Part shown: positions 1 to 11,672 of the stretch, piece by piece
How the letters are laid out: every line of letters starts with the position of its first letter
Position numbering within the stretch: position 1 is the stretch's first letter
Assembly: GCA_964016885.1 (NCBI GenBank)
Contig: OZ024743.1
Location: 28,706,001 to 28,770,000, forward strand
Origin: Eledone cirrhosa
Taxonomy: Eukaryota
Direction: 5' to 3'
Length of the DNA stretch: 64,000 nucleotides
Position numbers and translations under genes: made by a program
The notes under the pieces: model-generated
The model's input: the letters and a program-made list of their open reading frames with translations, nothing else
The model's database searches: none
Told to the model about the DNA's origin: nothing

Positions 1-517
1 TTAATTCATGAGTAGGAAAATTCTACCTGAATATACCTTGAAGGTAGGGAGATCTTGGAATATCTACTTAACCTTCAAAGTTTATTAGAGATGAATTTTC
101 CTCATCTTCAAATAATAAGTTCACTGTAACATTTTTTCCGTCTGGCAGACATCACCTACACAAACCAATGAAAGGGACTGTGTGTGGTCACATGGACTGC
201 TAGAAATAAATGCAGTTTATTATTTCTAAAACATGGTGGACAAGTTGTGGATAAGAGAATGGAGGCTAGGTAGATCAATTAGTTGGGCCTAGGATTTTAA
301 AGGGTCTACACCACCAAAGTTCTTGTTGCAAGTACAATATGTACACTTCATATACATATATACAACCTAACCCATATATAAATTGCACAACAAAAAAATA
401 CTTAATTGGCAGTTTGACATGGAATATGCATATCATCTCTGCCTTGGGCCTATTGCCAGGTTTGGAGGCCTACATTTCACATAAAGGTCAATTACGGACG
501 TTAACCGGGTCTGTACA

Positions 518-685
518 TATCGACAGTCTATCGACTTTCATCAAGTCGGACCGAGGAAACAATGTTTCCATTGGTCTTTCAAATTGCTAGTACTATCTAT
601 CGGTCGCAAATCCAGGTAGAAAGTGCAATGTAAAATAAAGTGTCTTGCCCAAGGACATATTGCATCGCATCGCCCTGTCCGGAAA
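518..685 (-). mobile_element. tRNA-derived SINE (family B)
   Basis: Minus strand has A-box TGGCTGAGTGG and B-box-like GAGTTCGATTT, then GTCCTTGGGCAAGACACTTT body; near-identical copy at ~32168-32380. Confidence 0.8.
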
Positions 686-962
686 TCGAACTCACAACCT
701 CACGATTGCGAATCCAACTATCTAACCACTCAGCCACGAGCCTTCGTTTCTGTACTTATATATACGTACTAATAAAGTCGAATTTGGACTTATATACAAT
801 ATTCTTATGTATCCTAAAAGTGCATTTAGTCTCGCTGTAGGATATCTACCCATATATGGGATTAAGGGCGGTTTATTCGCGTTTCAGGGTCGTTATTTTT
901 GTCAGCTCTTTCTTACGCCCCGATACCGGAATATGAAAGGCAGTAAAGCTATATAAATGTTG

Positions 963-1067
963 TATACATACATATACATACATACGTACATACATACATA
1001 CATACATACATACATACATACATACATACATACATACATACATACATACATACATACAAACATACAT
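963..1067. repeat. (TACA)n microsatellite
   Basis: Direct tetranucleotide array; a second array lies at 1680-1768. Confidence 0.95.
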
Positions 1068-1679
1068 GGTGGCTGCCAACGCGTTTTTGAGTACGGCCAC
1101 TACTTTATATCCATGAAGGCGAACCCCTACCGATGCGCTGAACGAGTGTGACTTTTTAGTCCAGCCAGCGACTTGAAAACTCTGGTACAAACACTACACT
1201 TGTGACAATTATTGACAAATAGTGCTGGGCCCATGGTACCATGTGACGACAAGTGCAGAGAGATCTCCAGATATAAAGCAACGCCTGTGCCGTGAAGCTT
1301 TTATCGTGAGCAAAGGCACTACACAAAGCCAGTCCCACTCTCTTAACCAAGATGATATTTACCAAAAAGAAGAACAAGTCAATATCATTGGATACCATCA
1401 GGTTTGCAGGTGTTATATCAGAGTTTTCCTTCTCCTAGAATTCTGCCTTGACAAAGGCTAAGGGGTCATCTCTCCCGGTGATTTTGGATGGCCATTGACT
1501 CTTAAGAGCTCCGTTGCCCTTTGACAGGTTTTGTTATTAGTCCTGCAGGATGTCCAAAGTCACCTTCCTAACCAAGAAACCTTGAGGGGGTTACCAGTTT
1601 AGTCGCCAACGACCCGACTATGAGCCAGGTTGTACTGGGATACATGTTACCAGTAGCACCAACTGGTAACCTGACATAA
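1068..1679 (-). mobile_element. Non-autonomous bipartite RTE derivative (5' UTR fused to 3' end) inside (TACA)n
   Basis: Minus strand: RTE-type 5' UTR motif CTAGGAGAAGGAAAACTCTGA, then C2H2 finger CSVCTRVFKSLAGLKSHTRSAH* and a 3' end resembling 60780-60920, then (TATG)n; no RT in between. Confidence 0.65.
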
Positions 1680-1771
1680 TACATACATACATACATACAT
1701 ACATACATACATACATACATACATACATACATACATACATACATACATACATACATGCATACATACATATA

Positions 1772-3416
1772 TTGTTCATCTTGTCATTAAACCCCTTGTC
1801 CTTTCTGCTCAAGAAATGTGAGGGATATATCATTGACTCAAAGGAGGACAGAAATACGAACCTAACCCATAACTTCTTTGTGGACGATCTGAAACTCTAT
1901 GCCAAGAATATGGATGGGATGAAAAATCTTGACCTGGTTACAGCGTTCTCAAAGGATATAGGAATGGAGTTTGGCCAAGTTAAATGCTTAAACGTGACTG
2001 TAAAGCGGGGAAAAACAACAACCCAATCTAGCAACATGGGAATACTACACCAGGGAATACTACACCCGATTAAGAAAGATTTTGGTCATCAGAACTCTCT
2101 GCGCAAAACAAAACAGTGGCTCACAATGCGTTTGCTGTGCCTGTCCTAACACCAACGTTTGGAATACTCAATTGGACGATAGACGAAATCCGAGCAGTTG
2201 ATGTCGGAACTCGAAAAATACTAAACAACACTGGAAACTTCCACATCAACAGTGACATAGACCGCCTTTACTTGAAACGTAAGCAGGGAGGCAGAGGCCT
2301 AACATCAGTCCAGACAACATTTGAATGTCGCATCATATCCCTCCGACAACATCTACGAACCTAGAAGCGTAGGATTCCGTCACTCGAGCAAGTCTATCTG
2401 CATGAAACAGATAAGATCATGAGAGTTAGGAAGGAACTCCTCAAGAGATATTCCCTGTGCGATAATCAAAAACTCACACACAGGGAAGTCGCTCAGCAGT
2501 ATCGCAGTGAATCCATGGATGAAAAGCTGCATGCTTATTAGCAAAAAATCATGCATGGATATGTTGCCAGGAAGCTCCAGAGTGAGAGTAATATAGATAA
2601 GGAAAGTAGTCTATCTTAGACCAACAACCGCTATATCAGCAGCTGTCCAAAGATGTCATCGAGGTACTATCTTCCTATGAGGCATGATGTCGTGGCCAAA
2701 ACACTGTACAATGCAGTTCGTAAAAAAGATAGCCCCGATAATAAACACATTAAAAGCTACAGCAATGTGGAAGACATCCATGTACATAATATGAAAGAGT
2801 ACTGGTGGAATGTTCCAGTAAAAACCCCAATAAAATGCAGGCATAAAAGACCAGATATTATGATATGGGACAGGGAGAAGAAAGTATTCACAGTAGTGGA
2901 AATTAGCTGCCCAGCAGATGCTAATATAATATCAAAGATTAGCGAAAAGAAGAATATTTATGCAGAACTGATGAGAAATCTGCAGATACTCCACCCTGAT
3001 TACACTTTCAGATTTATGCCTGTGATTATTGGGGCACTGGGGTATGTTAGTAACTGCCTCAATACAAATCTTGAGAAGCTAGGCTTCACAGGAACAGAAA
3101 GAACACAACAGTTAGGAAATTGCAAGTACAATCCATTAATGGAACAGTAAAAATATGTAAAACATTCCAAAAATGTTGCATCTAATAACTGCATATACAC
3201 ATGTACAGATACAAAGCACACGTACAACTAAAAACATACACATCCACACATACAATAACATCCATATCTACACATGGAAGCATGCATACATAATCTACCT
3301 AGTTGATGTTGTGTAAATTCCAATGAGAGAGTCTTGTGTCTATGTTAGAAACCGATTCTCTCTCTATTGGGAAAAAATTTGTGAAATTATAAAACCAGAA
3401 CAACATACATACATAC
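1772..3416 (+). mobile_element. R4/Dong-like non-LTR retrotransposon, 5'-truncated and degenerate (RT end + RLE endonuclease)
   Basis: ORF pieces with FVDDLKLY, RLYLKRKQGGRGL, RHD and HKRPDIMIWD..VVEISCP (PD-(D/E)xK); stops and frameshifts; (CATA)n tail; homologous to 57973-59220 and 61088-64000. Confidence 0.85.
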
Positions 3417-3600
3417 AAAGCGAAAAGGAGAATATTTATGCAGAACTAATGAGAAATCTGCAGATACTCCACCCTGATTATACCTTCAGGTTTATGCCTG
3501 GGATTATTGGGGTACTGGGATATATTAGTAACTGCCTCAATACAAATCTTGTGAAGCTGGGCTTCACAGGAACAGAAAGAACATAACTTGTTAGGAAATT
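3417..3600 (+). mobile_element. Short duplicate fragment of the Dong-like RLE region
   Basis: SEKENIYAELMRNLQILHPDYTFRFMP repeats 2941-3120. Confidence 0.8.
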
Positions 3601-4223
3601 ACTTTTGTCATATATGTTTGGAAATGCACTAAAATTTATGTTTATCACATATCTAATTTTTCTGACCATTTTACTGTACCATTCACTCCAACTAAATCGC
3701 CCAAATTTACCCCACCCCCATCCAATTCAGCAATGCTTCCACCGCCCCTACATATGCCGAGCTATGAAAGACAACAGTTTTATAGATTTTTGTAAACAAA
3801 CTGTCTTACATACCTACTTATGTGCACATAACACTGCACAAGTATCACTGTTATCTTCGTTATCTTACATAGAAATTATAGTATTCTTTGGGGGTTTGAC
3901 ACGATAACATATTAAAATCATGATCGTTTCAACAAAGAAAATGAGATGTAGTTACTTTCGTAATGACAGCAATAAATATGAGAGATAATTTACACATTTC
4001 TCACAATATAACTGATAACCAAACAAATATATCCACAAATGTTGTATTGGCTTTAGATATTCTAAATCATCGATCGCCAATCGATATAGTTATTTAGATG
4101 TAGTAAATTTATTATTATTAACACTATTATCATTATTTTCCTTTGTTCATTCAAATATCGTCTTCTGAATTTCCTCTTCCTTCCTTCTGCTCCTGTTATC
4201 TACTTCTATTACTAATATTACTA

Positions 4224-4375
4224 CTGTATTTCCCGGCGCCGAGGACGCACCCTAATTTTGACAACCAAAATTTTGAAAAAAAAATAATAAACAACCCTCG
4301 GCCTCCAGGACGCATGGTAGATATTTTAGACTTATTTTAGGAAAAAAGTAGCGTCTTCGACGCCGGGAAATACGG
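4224..4375. mobile_element. pogo/Tigger-like (Tc1/mariner superfamily) MITE
   Basis: ~25-bp TIRs CTGTATTTCCCGGCGCCGAGGACGC / GCGTCTTCGACGCCGGGAAATACGG, with TA at the left flank. Confidence 0.75.
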
Positions 4376-4698
4376 GAGTTCTTCCCCGTCTACCTTGTTT
4401 TTCTCTTCTTTTCTTTTCTCCGCCACATCGTAATAACTCTCCTCCACAACCTTCTCATATTTATTATCATCACCATACTCCTATTCCACCTCCTCCTCCT
4501 CATCATCATCATCATCGGCATTATTATCTCGATTTCAAAGGAAATATTTTTATCATCACTGTGCTCAGAGTTTCTCTTGTATTCAAGAAATTCCCCAGAA
4601 AATAGAAACAATGTTACATTATTTTGCACTGCAGTGTTTCAGCACACAAATACAAATATAGACGTATACAGATAATCACTGATGTCTAAATTAAGCAG

Positions 4699-4868
4699 AA
4701 CGCCAGAAAGGCAAAGTTGATTAAATCAACTCCAATGCACGACTTGTATTTTATTTATCGACCTTGAAATATTAAACGGGAAGTTGACCTCGGCGAGATT
4801 TGAGCTTACAACGTAAAATGTCAAAACAAATACCGCAATGCCATTTTATCCGATGTTCTACCACCATT
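4699..4868 (-). mobile_element. tRNA-derived SINE (family A)
   Basis: Matches the window consensus GAGTTCAAATCCCGCCGAGGTCAACTTTGCC..GGTCGATAAA. Confidence 0.7.
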
Positions 4869-4907
4869 TTTTATATAAACATGTTGACACAAGCATCTCT
4901 CTCTCTC

Positions 4908-5448
<541 letters not shown>

Positions 5449-5454
5449 TGCATC

Positions 5455-5702
5455 TACTTCCTCCCGTTTGACCTGTGCGAAATTCTTTCCTCACGCACAC
5501 TTTGACCAGGTCGGTTGTTCTTTATTCTCTCTCGTCTACGATTTCACAGAACTTATGTTCACCGATTTCAGGGACTTGACTCATTCTTCCTCCCATTTGA
5601 CCTGTGCGAAATTCTTTCCTTGCTCACATTTCGACCAGGTTTGATGGTCCTTATTCTCTCTCTCGTCCACGATTTCACAGAACTTATATTCATCGATTTC
5701 AG
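5455..5702. repeat. ~130-bp direct tandem duplication
   Basis: CTTCCTCCCRTTTGACCTGTGCGAAATTCTTTCC...GATTTCACAGAACTTAT occurs twice. Confidence 0.85.
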
Positions 5703-6096
5703 AGAGGTTGAAAAAATACTGTTTTAAATTAGTATTTTTTCAACCTAGTTAACTTAGTCATTTGCAATTGGAACACATGTATACTTATACCTGTGTTCAT
5801 CCCTCTCATATATCCAATTATTCACATATATATATATATATATATTATTGAATAAACAAGAGGGCTGAACACTAATATAAACATACATGTGTTCGAATCG
5901 TAAGGACCAAAATTTGCTAGGGTGAAAAAATACTAACTACAGCAATATAGTTTGTTATCCTTAACTTTAATATTAAATTAAGAAAAATTAAGAAAAATAA
6001 CAGACCTATATTGGGCAAATATGCCTGGTAAACAACTAGACAGTGTTGGAGACTGTTTCGCAACGACTTATTAAGTGAAGTTTTCACGTTTCACGA

Positions 6097-6145
<49 letters not shown>

Positions 6146-6949
6146 TATATTTATATATATGAGTGTGTCTTTCTGCGAATGTATAACACTATAAACATAT
6201 AAAGATATAAAGCATACATGATTGATGCATATACTTACTCAAACACACTCACTTAGATGTAATTTTTCATATCCATATATATGGAAGGTAATACCCGTCT
6301 TTACGTTTTAACCAAATTATGTTTAATTGTTTTCTTCTTTTTATGTCAATCTCATTGTGTATTATATGCACATGATTATATTATCTATCCTGGTGCAGTC
6401 ATGCTAAAAACTTATTTCATAATTGGAAGGCTGATTTTAAGATAATTAAATTTCTAGAATTCTTCTAGATACATCAAATATTTATCTTTTATCAAATTTT
6501 ATATTCTTTAAAAAAAATGTCCTGATATTTGAAAGTAGTAATTTAAACATTATTTCATTCATATAAATACGTGAATAGATTTTTGGGTTATATATATTAT
6601 TAATGACGTAGTCAAAAATGGAAGGACAGCACACATAACTATTGTGAAGAACTTCCAAAACTAATGGTGGGAAAGGTAGGAAGAACCAGGAGGCAATATT
6701 TATCTGAATAATTCAAATAAAGAGAACTCCACTAAAAAATACCCTATGTTATATTAAACCGCATGGCAGATTTGCTTTATCATTCAAGGACATGAACAGG
6801 CTGTATGACAAGTTTCCAAACAGTCTCCACCTATCCAACATCACTGGAAATGCAGAAGTATACTCGAAGCTTTGATAGAAGAAAGTTGTACACAGCGATT
6901 TGCAGCATTATTGAACTTAGAACCACACATGTGTGTACGCCCTCACATA

Positions 6950-7593
6950 TCTATATATATAAAGTTGTAGTTCCTCTCTGTTTGTTTGTTTGTTCACGAA
7001 CTCCTCCTATGGTTTTGGAGATAGACCACCATAACCATATATATTCTGAAACTACATTGCCAAGGTTACTTGGATAAGTATAAGTCATTTTAATGAAAGG
7101 GTTCCCCGGAGGCACAAATCCCCACTGAAAACCCCCGCTGAAAATGTTTTCCCTTCGATTTATATGAAATGTAAGCCATAGGTAAATGACAAGATATAAT
7201 GCCTATTCACAAAACTTCAGCAAATTTCAATAGTATTTAGAGAGCCTAATGGGGGTTAAACACCCGCTGAAAAATTTTCCCTTCGATTTATATGAAACTT
7301 AAACTATAGGTAAATGACAAGATATGATGCCTACTCACAAAAGTTTCGAACTGACATTTTGAAAAAAAAATATTTACAAGAAACAAAATAAGAATAAGAT
7401 TTAATAATATAATTTTGATTTGATATATTACAAAAAATAATGTTTTCCAATTTTTCATGCATTACATTTTACATTGAGTAATATTGAAATGCAGAGTTTT
7501 TCTCCATAAATTATATCACTGATTTAAAATCATTCATCATTTTCTCCCCCAAAAAATGTGTGAAACGCAGCAAGGCGCAGGTAATTCGGCTAG
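6950..7593 (+). mobile_element. Non-autonomous Helitron
   Basis: A|TCTATATATATAAAG 5' end followed by (TTTG)n; 3' GC-rich subterminal motif CGCAGCAAGGCG then CTAG|T; inserted between A and T with no TSD. Confidence 0.75.
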
Positions 7594-8949
7594 TTCATTT
7601 ATATATGCGAAAATGGACATTTTAGTCATCTTTATCTAAGATCTCGAATGAAATATATTTAAGCATCAAGTATTATGTGTTAATACGTCCAAGAATCTAT
7701 ATTATATCAATATGAAAAGTAAGCTTTTCACTTTAGAATGATGGGAGTCAACTGATGTTATTTCGTTAAAAGAGATGTTTAGATTCTATGTTTTAAACGA
7801 AGAAAAAACTTCTTCCTGAAGCCAAAACTTTTACAATAATGGTATATTTGTTATGTTCAATGACTGCTACAAATACCTAGACATTGACGAAAATATATCG
7901 TATGAGGTGTTGCAAAGATAGACTGATGAAAGTATATTATACCAGTTTTCAAATTAAATGGCTGTTTGAACATTTCTTTCCCAACAAAACAATATACTTT
8001 GATGCATTTACAGTACCAGTACAAACATTTTGGTTGATTGCCTGGTCTAGAAAAAAATTCCTTCAATAGATATCAATCTTCGCAAGATTCCGAGATTAAA
8101 TGGAGGTTTTTTTTTATGTCAGAGTTTTGTGAAAGATAAAACATACGGCAGCAGCCCCTGTTCCATTAGGATCCTACCTTTCAATGCGATGTGATATTGT
8201 TGTTAAAACGATATACCACTCCATATACAGGAAAGACATGGCAAATATAATTGATATAGAATATATATATGTTTCATTGCAATGAATAATGGTATATCAT
8301 TCGAAAGTCTTCAGCCAGATACAAACATAAATTATTCGCATATAAACAGTATATTTTTCTTTCCAATATATTCTACACACATTCTGTCTTCATGCAATCG
8401 ATATATATTCTATTTATCTAGCCAGTATCAACATATTGTATTTTTCTACACATTGCATTGGCATATTGTATAGTCACCTTTCTATTATGTCTATCTATCT
8501 TGTGAACATCTACATACTCTATCTGTATCTAGTTAACATCTACTCTTCTGTCTATTTATATAGTTAACATCTTGATATGAAATTTATCTAATTAGTTACG
8601 TATAATTTCTGTTTCTCTATACCGTCAATACCTACAAAGCCTCTATTAATTTCACTTGTTAAACCAATACAGTGTGTTAGACTATTTTGGCAATATCTAC
8701 ACACATTGTTTATCTAAAGTAGTTGAGGAGTACCGCAACTTCTAACATGGTCAATAGGATGAGGATGATTTGCGTAGAATAGATGAATTTAGGATGGCAA
8801 CTCTGTTAGTCAACGTGATAACTAAATTGTTAGACTGATTATTAAAAATGTCTCCAGAGTTGCAAAAGCCTAGGTGATTTCTATATGATAACAGTATTAT
8901 CCAATGGAATTTGTTTGGCGGTTAGATTAAATGGCCAATTTACTTGTTC

Positions 8950-9075
8950 TCACATGTTCTTTTTTATCTACCTCAAAAGGAAGAATGTCGGGACTCGAAT
9001 TCAGAGCACAGAAAGTCATAGCAAATAACGTGAAGCACTCTATTCCACGTTCTAACTATTTAAGCAATTCGTCAG
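8950..9075 (-). mobile_element. Degenerate SINE (family A)
   Basis: Diverged match to the family A head (CTCTGAATTCGAGTCCCGAC). Confidence 0.55.
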
Positions 9076-9189
9076 CTATACATGCAATAGGCGACGAATT
9101 ACTTGAATAGTAAAAACGCTGGATAGAACGATTCGTGCATATCTATATATGTATGTATGTGTACACAATATATGTATATATATATATAT

Positions 9190-9512
9190 ATAAATGTAAG
9201 TATGTATACGTACATACATATATGTATACCGACGTACAGCGTATATATACATACATACAAGCACTCATATATATATGTACGTATGGGTTTACCGAACATT
9301 TATTATAATGTTCGGTTTGTTTGTAAACAAACAGCCCGAATTAAGCCGTACAGTGTTCAGCAACCATCGTTGCTATTTTGTTTAACACTGACAAAGGAAC
9401 GATGAACTAGTTTCGAGCTTCTTAGCTGTCATCAGCACCGTATACCTTCCTGTCAGATGATTGAACGTTTGAAAGTATACACTTTCCTTATGCATATTAA
9501 CGGCTGAGCATC
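9190..9512 (-). mobile_element. PLE pseudo-LTR-type non-autonomous repeat carrying a hammerhead
   Basis: Close match to 56840-57150; contains the HHR at 9399-9441. Confidence 0.7.
9399..9441 (-). ncRNA. Type I hammerhead ribozyme
   Basis: acggtg-CTGATGA-c agct aaga agct c-GAAA-ctag-TT^catcgt: 6-bp stem I, palindromic stem III AACTAGTT, GUU triad. Confidence 0.8.
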
Positions 9513-10164
9513 ATAATTAACGATGATTCAGTATTGGATGTTTGATGTATTAAGTTAAATTATTACAGCTTGTTGCGGCTCAGTGTTCTTTAATCCAATT
9601 TTATAGAGCAGGTTGTTTTTGTTGCGAGAATTTACATCATTTTATTTTCCGGAAGTATGTTAATCGTTAATTATGTGAAGGACATATAAACTATATATTG
9701 CGTTTCCTGGATTGTGGTGTATACAAAAACCATAACATTATTTTGCTTCTCATTTATAATATTTCTTTGCACACAAGCTTCTTTATCATACACAAAAAAT
9801 ACTTTACCACTACAACCCCCATAATACACTTGATTACCCGCTTAAAGTGCTTGTTTTGCATATAACACCTTGCCGCACAATAATCTTATATAAATAAGAC
9901 ACACGTGCATGCCCCTCGTGTAACTATTGCATGCACTAACTACTTCAACTGATTAACAAACTATCCTCTTGCATTATCTTCGTAAACTGCCGATGTTGTA
10001 TTTTAACTTTAATTTTATTTTAATATGATTTTAATTTTTAAATTTAAATTGCCATGCAAAAATATTATAATGGATGTCACCCCACTGTGCATCGATATAT
10101 ACATATGTATCTGTATGTCTCTTGTGTTGGAAAGGAGGTCATGTATGTAAAAAATCATTAAAAA

Positions 10165-10215
10165 ATTGCTCCGAAGACTCCAAACCTCGGTTTGGACGAA
10201 ACAATTGTAAACTAA
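10165..10215 (+). ncRNA. Hammerhead-like motif, U4C core, weak stem I
   Basis: CCGAAGA-c tccaaac ctcg gtttgga c-GAAA-caattg-TA; stem II and palindromic stem III are clear but stem I is poorly paired. Confidence 0.5.
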
Positions 10216-10412
10216 TAAATGGTTTGAACAGAACTTTGATTCATGTGATTTCTATATAACTGCTCGGTAGAACAACTGATGTTATTACATTGAGCTATTT
10301 ATCTTACTGGTAATAAGGTAGTAATAAATTACTGTCTTTCACTGTTTAGGGTTTAAAATATATATAACTATAAAAAGTTTTAGTATATACATAACCATAA
10401 ATAGTATCCTTA

Positions 10413-10670
<258 letters not shown>

Positions 10671-10692
10671 TTTATTAAAATAACAGATTAAA

Positions 10693-10741
10693 GTTTAAGC
10701 AAAGAATCGCTGCTTTCACCCTTAACGGAATCTTCTGAAAC
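10693..10741 (-). ncRNA. Hammerhead-like ribozyme with CAGAAGA (U4A) core in the PLE 3' region
   Basis: gttt-CAGAAGA-ttcc gttaa gggt-GAAA-gca..tgc-TT^aaac; same motif at 39833-39881(+) and 56575-56623(-). Confidence 0.6.
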
Positions 10742-11672
10742 TAACAAAGTCAATCTGTAACCGCAGAACTGGATATTTCAAAAAACGTTGCAACCGGAGG
10801 AACACAGGAAGACGATACTTTGGTTCGTGGTGACGTTCGCTGGCAAAGAACGGGAAAAAACGAATATAATACGTCATTAATAGGAGCGGTGAAAAACAAT
10901 TACGCGCAAAGACAAAACCACGTTTATGGTATAAAAGAGGTCGTAGACTAATGTTCTCTTAGGTGGTGCATAGAGACGTTCTCTGGCAATGAACGAAAAA
11001 ACGAAGATAATAAGTCATATGTGGAGCGTGGAGAACAAAAGCACGCAAAGACAAAACCACGTAAATGGTATAGCAGAAGTCGTAGACTAAAATTCTAACT
11101 AGGAGACCAAATGAATCTCCGCTACAGAATTAAGAACAAAGTAAATAAATACAATACAGAAGTAATAGAAACAAATAAATACATACACGTAAACAGATAC
11201 GTACATACACAAGCATACGCAAAACCTTACCATAGGTATACAAAACCACGCACATATAAATATGTGTGTGTGTGTATGCTTGTGTACAAATAAATAAATA
11301 ATTATATAAACGTATATAAGTAAATAAATACGTATATAACAAGCGCTCACACATACCTACATATAAATACACGAATGTTCAGAGACGTAAGTCAACTAAA
11401 ACAAGAAGTACACATATATACACACCCACCATACGTACGAACCTGCATACTCACTCGGACGCAAAACTCCCGTATACGCATAGCCAAACCCTAAATACCA
11501 GAATATGTAAAAATGATACGCCATAACAGTCAAATATACGTACGAGAAGGTATACATACCTTCACAAAACATATGGGTAATATATACTTACCTATGCAAA
11601 TAAGTAAAGGAATAAACAAAACATATACTTAGCTCCCACATCAAGACGTAAAATATCCACGTATAGATCGTG

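Noticed and set aside
6036-6078. Hammerhead-like GAAA-cagt..actg-TC on the minus strand
   Set aside because: Core reads TTAATAA (G5 lost) and stems I/II are poor; at most a dead remnant
7800-8300. Possible transposase relic (DPTF-like motif near 8170)
   Set aside because: Too decayed to support a family call by eye
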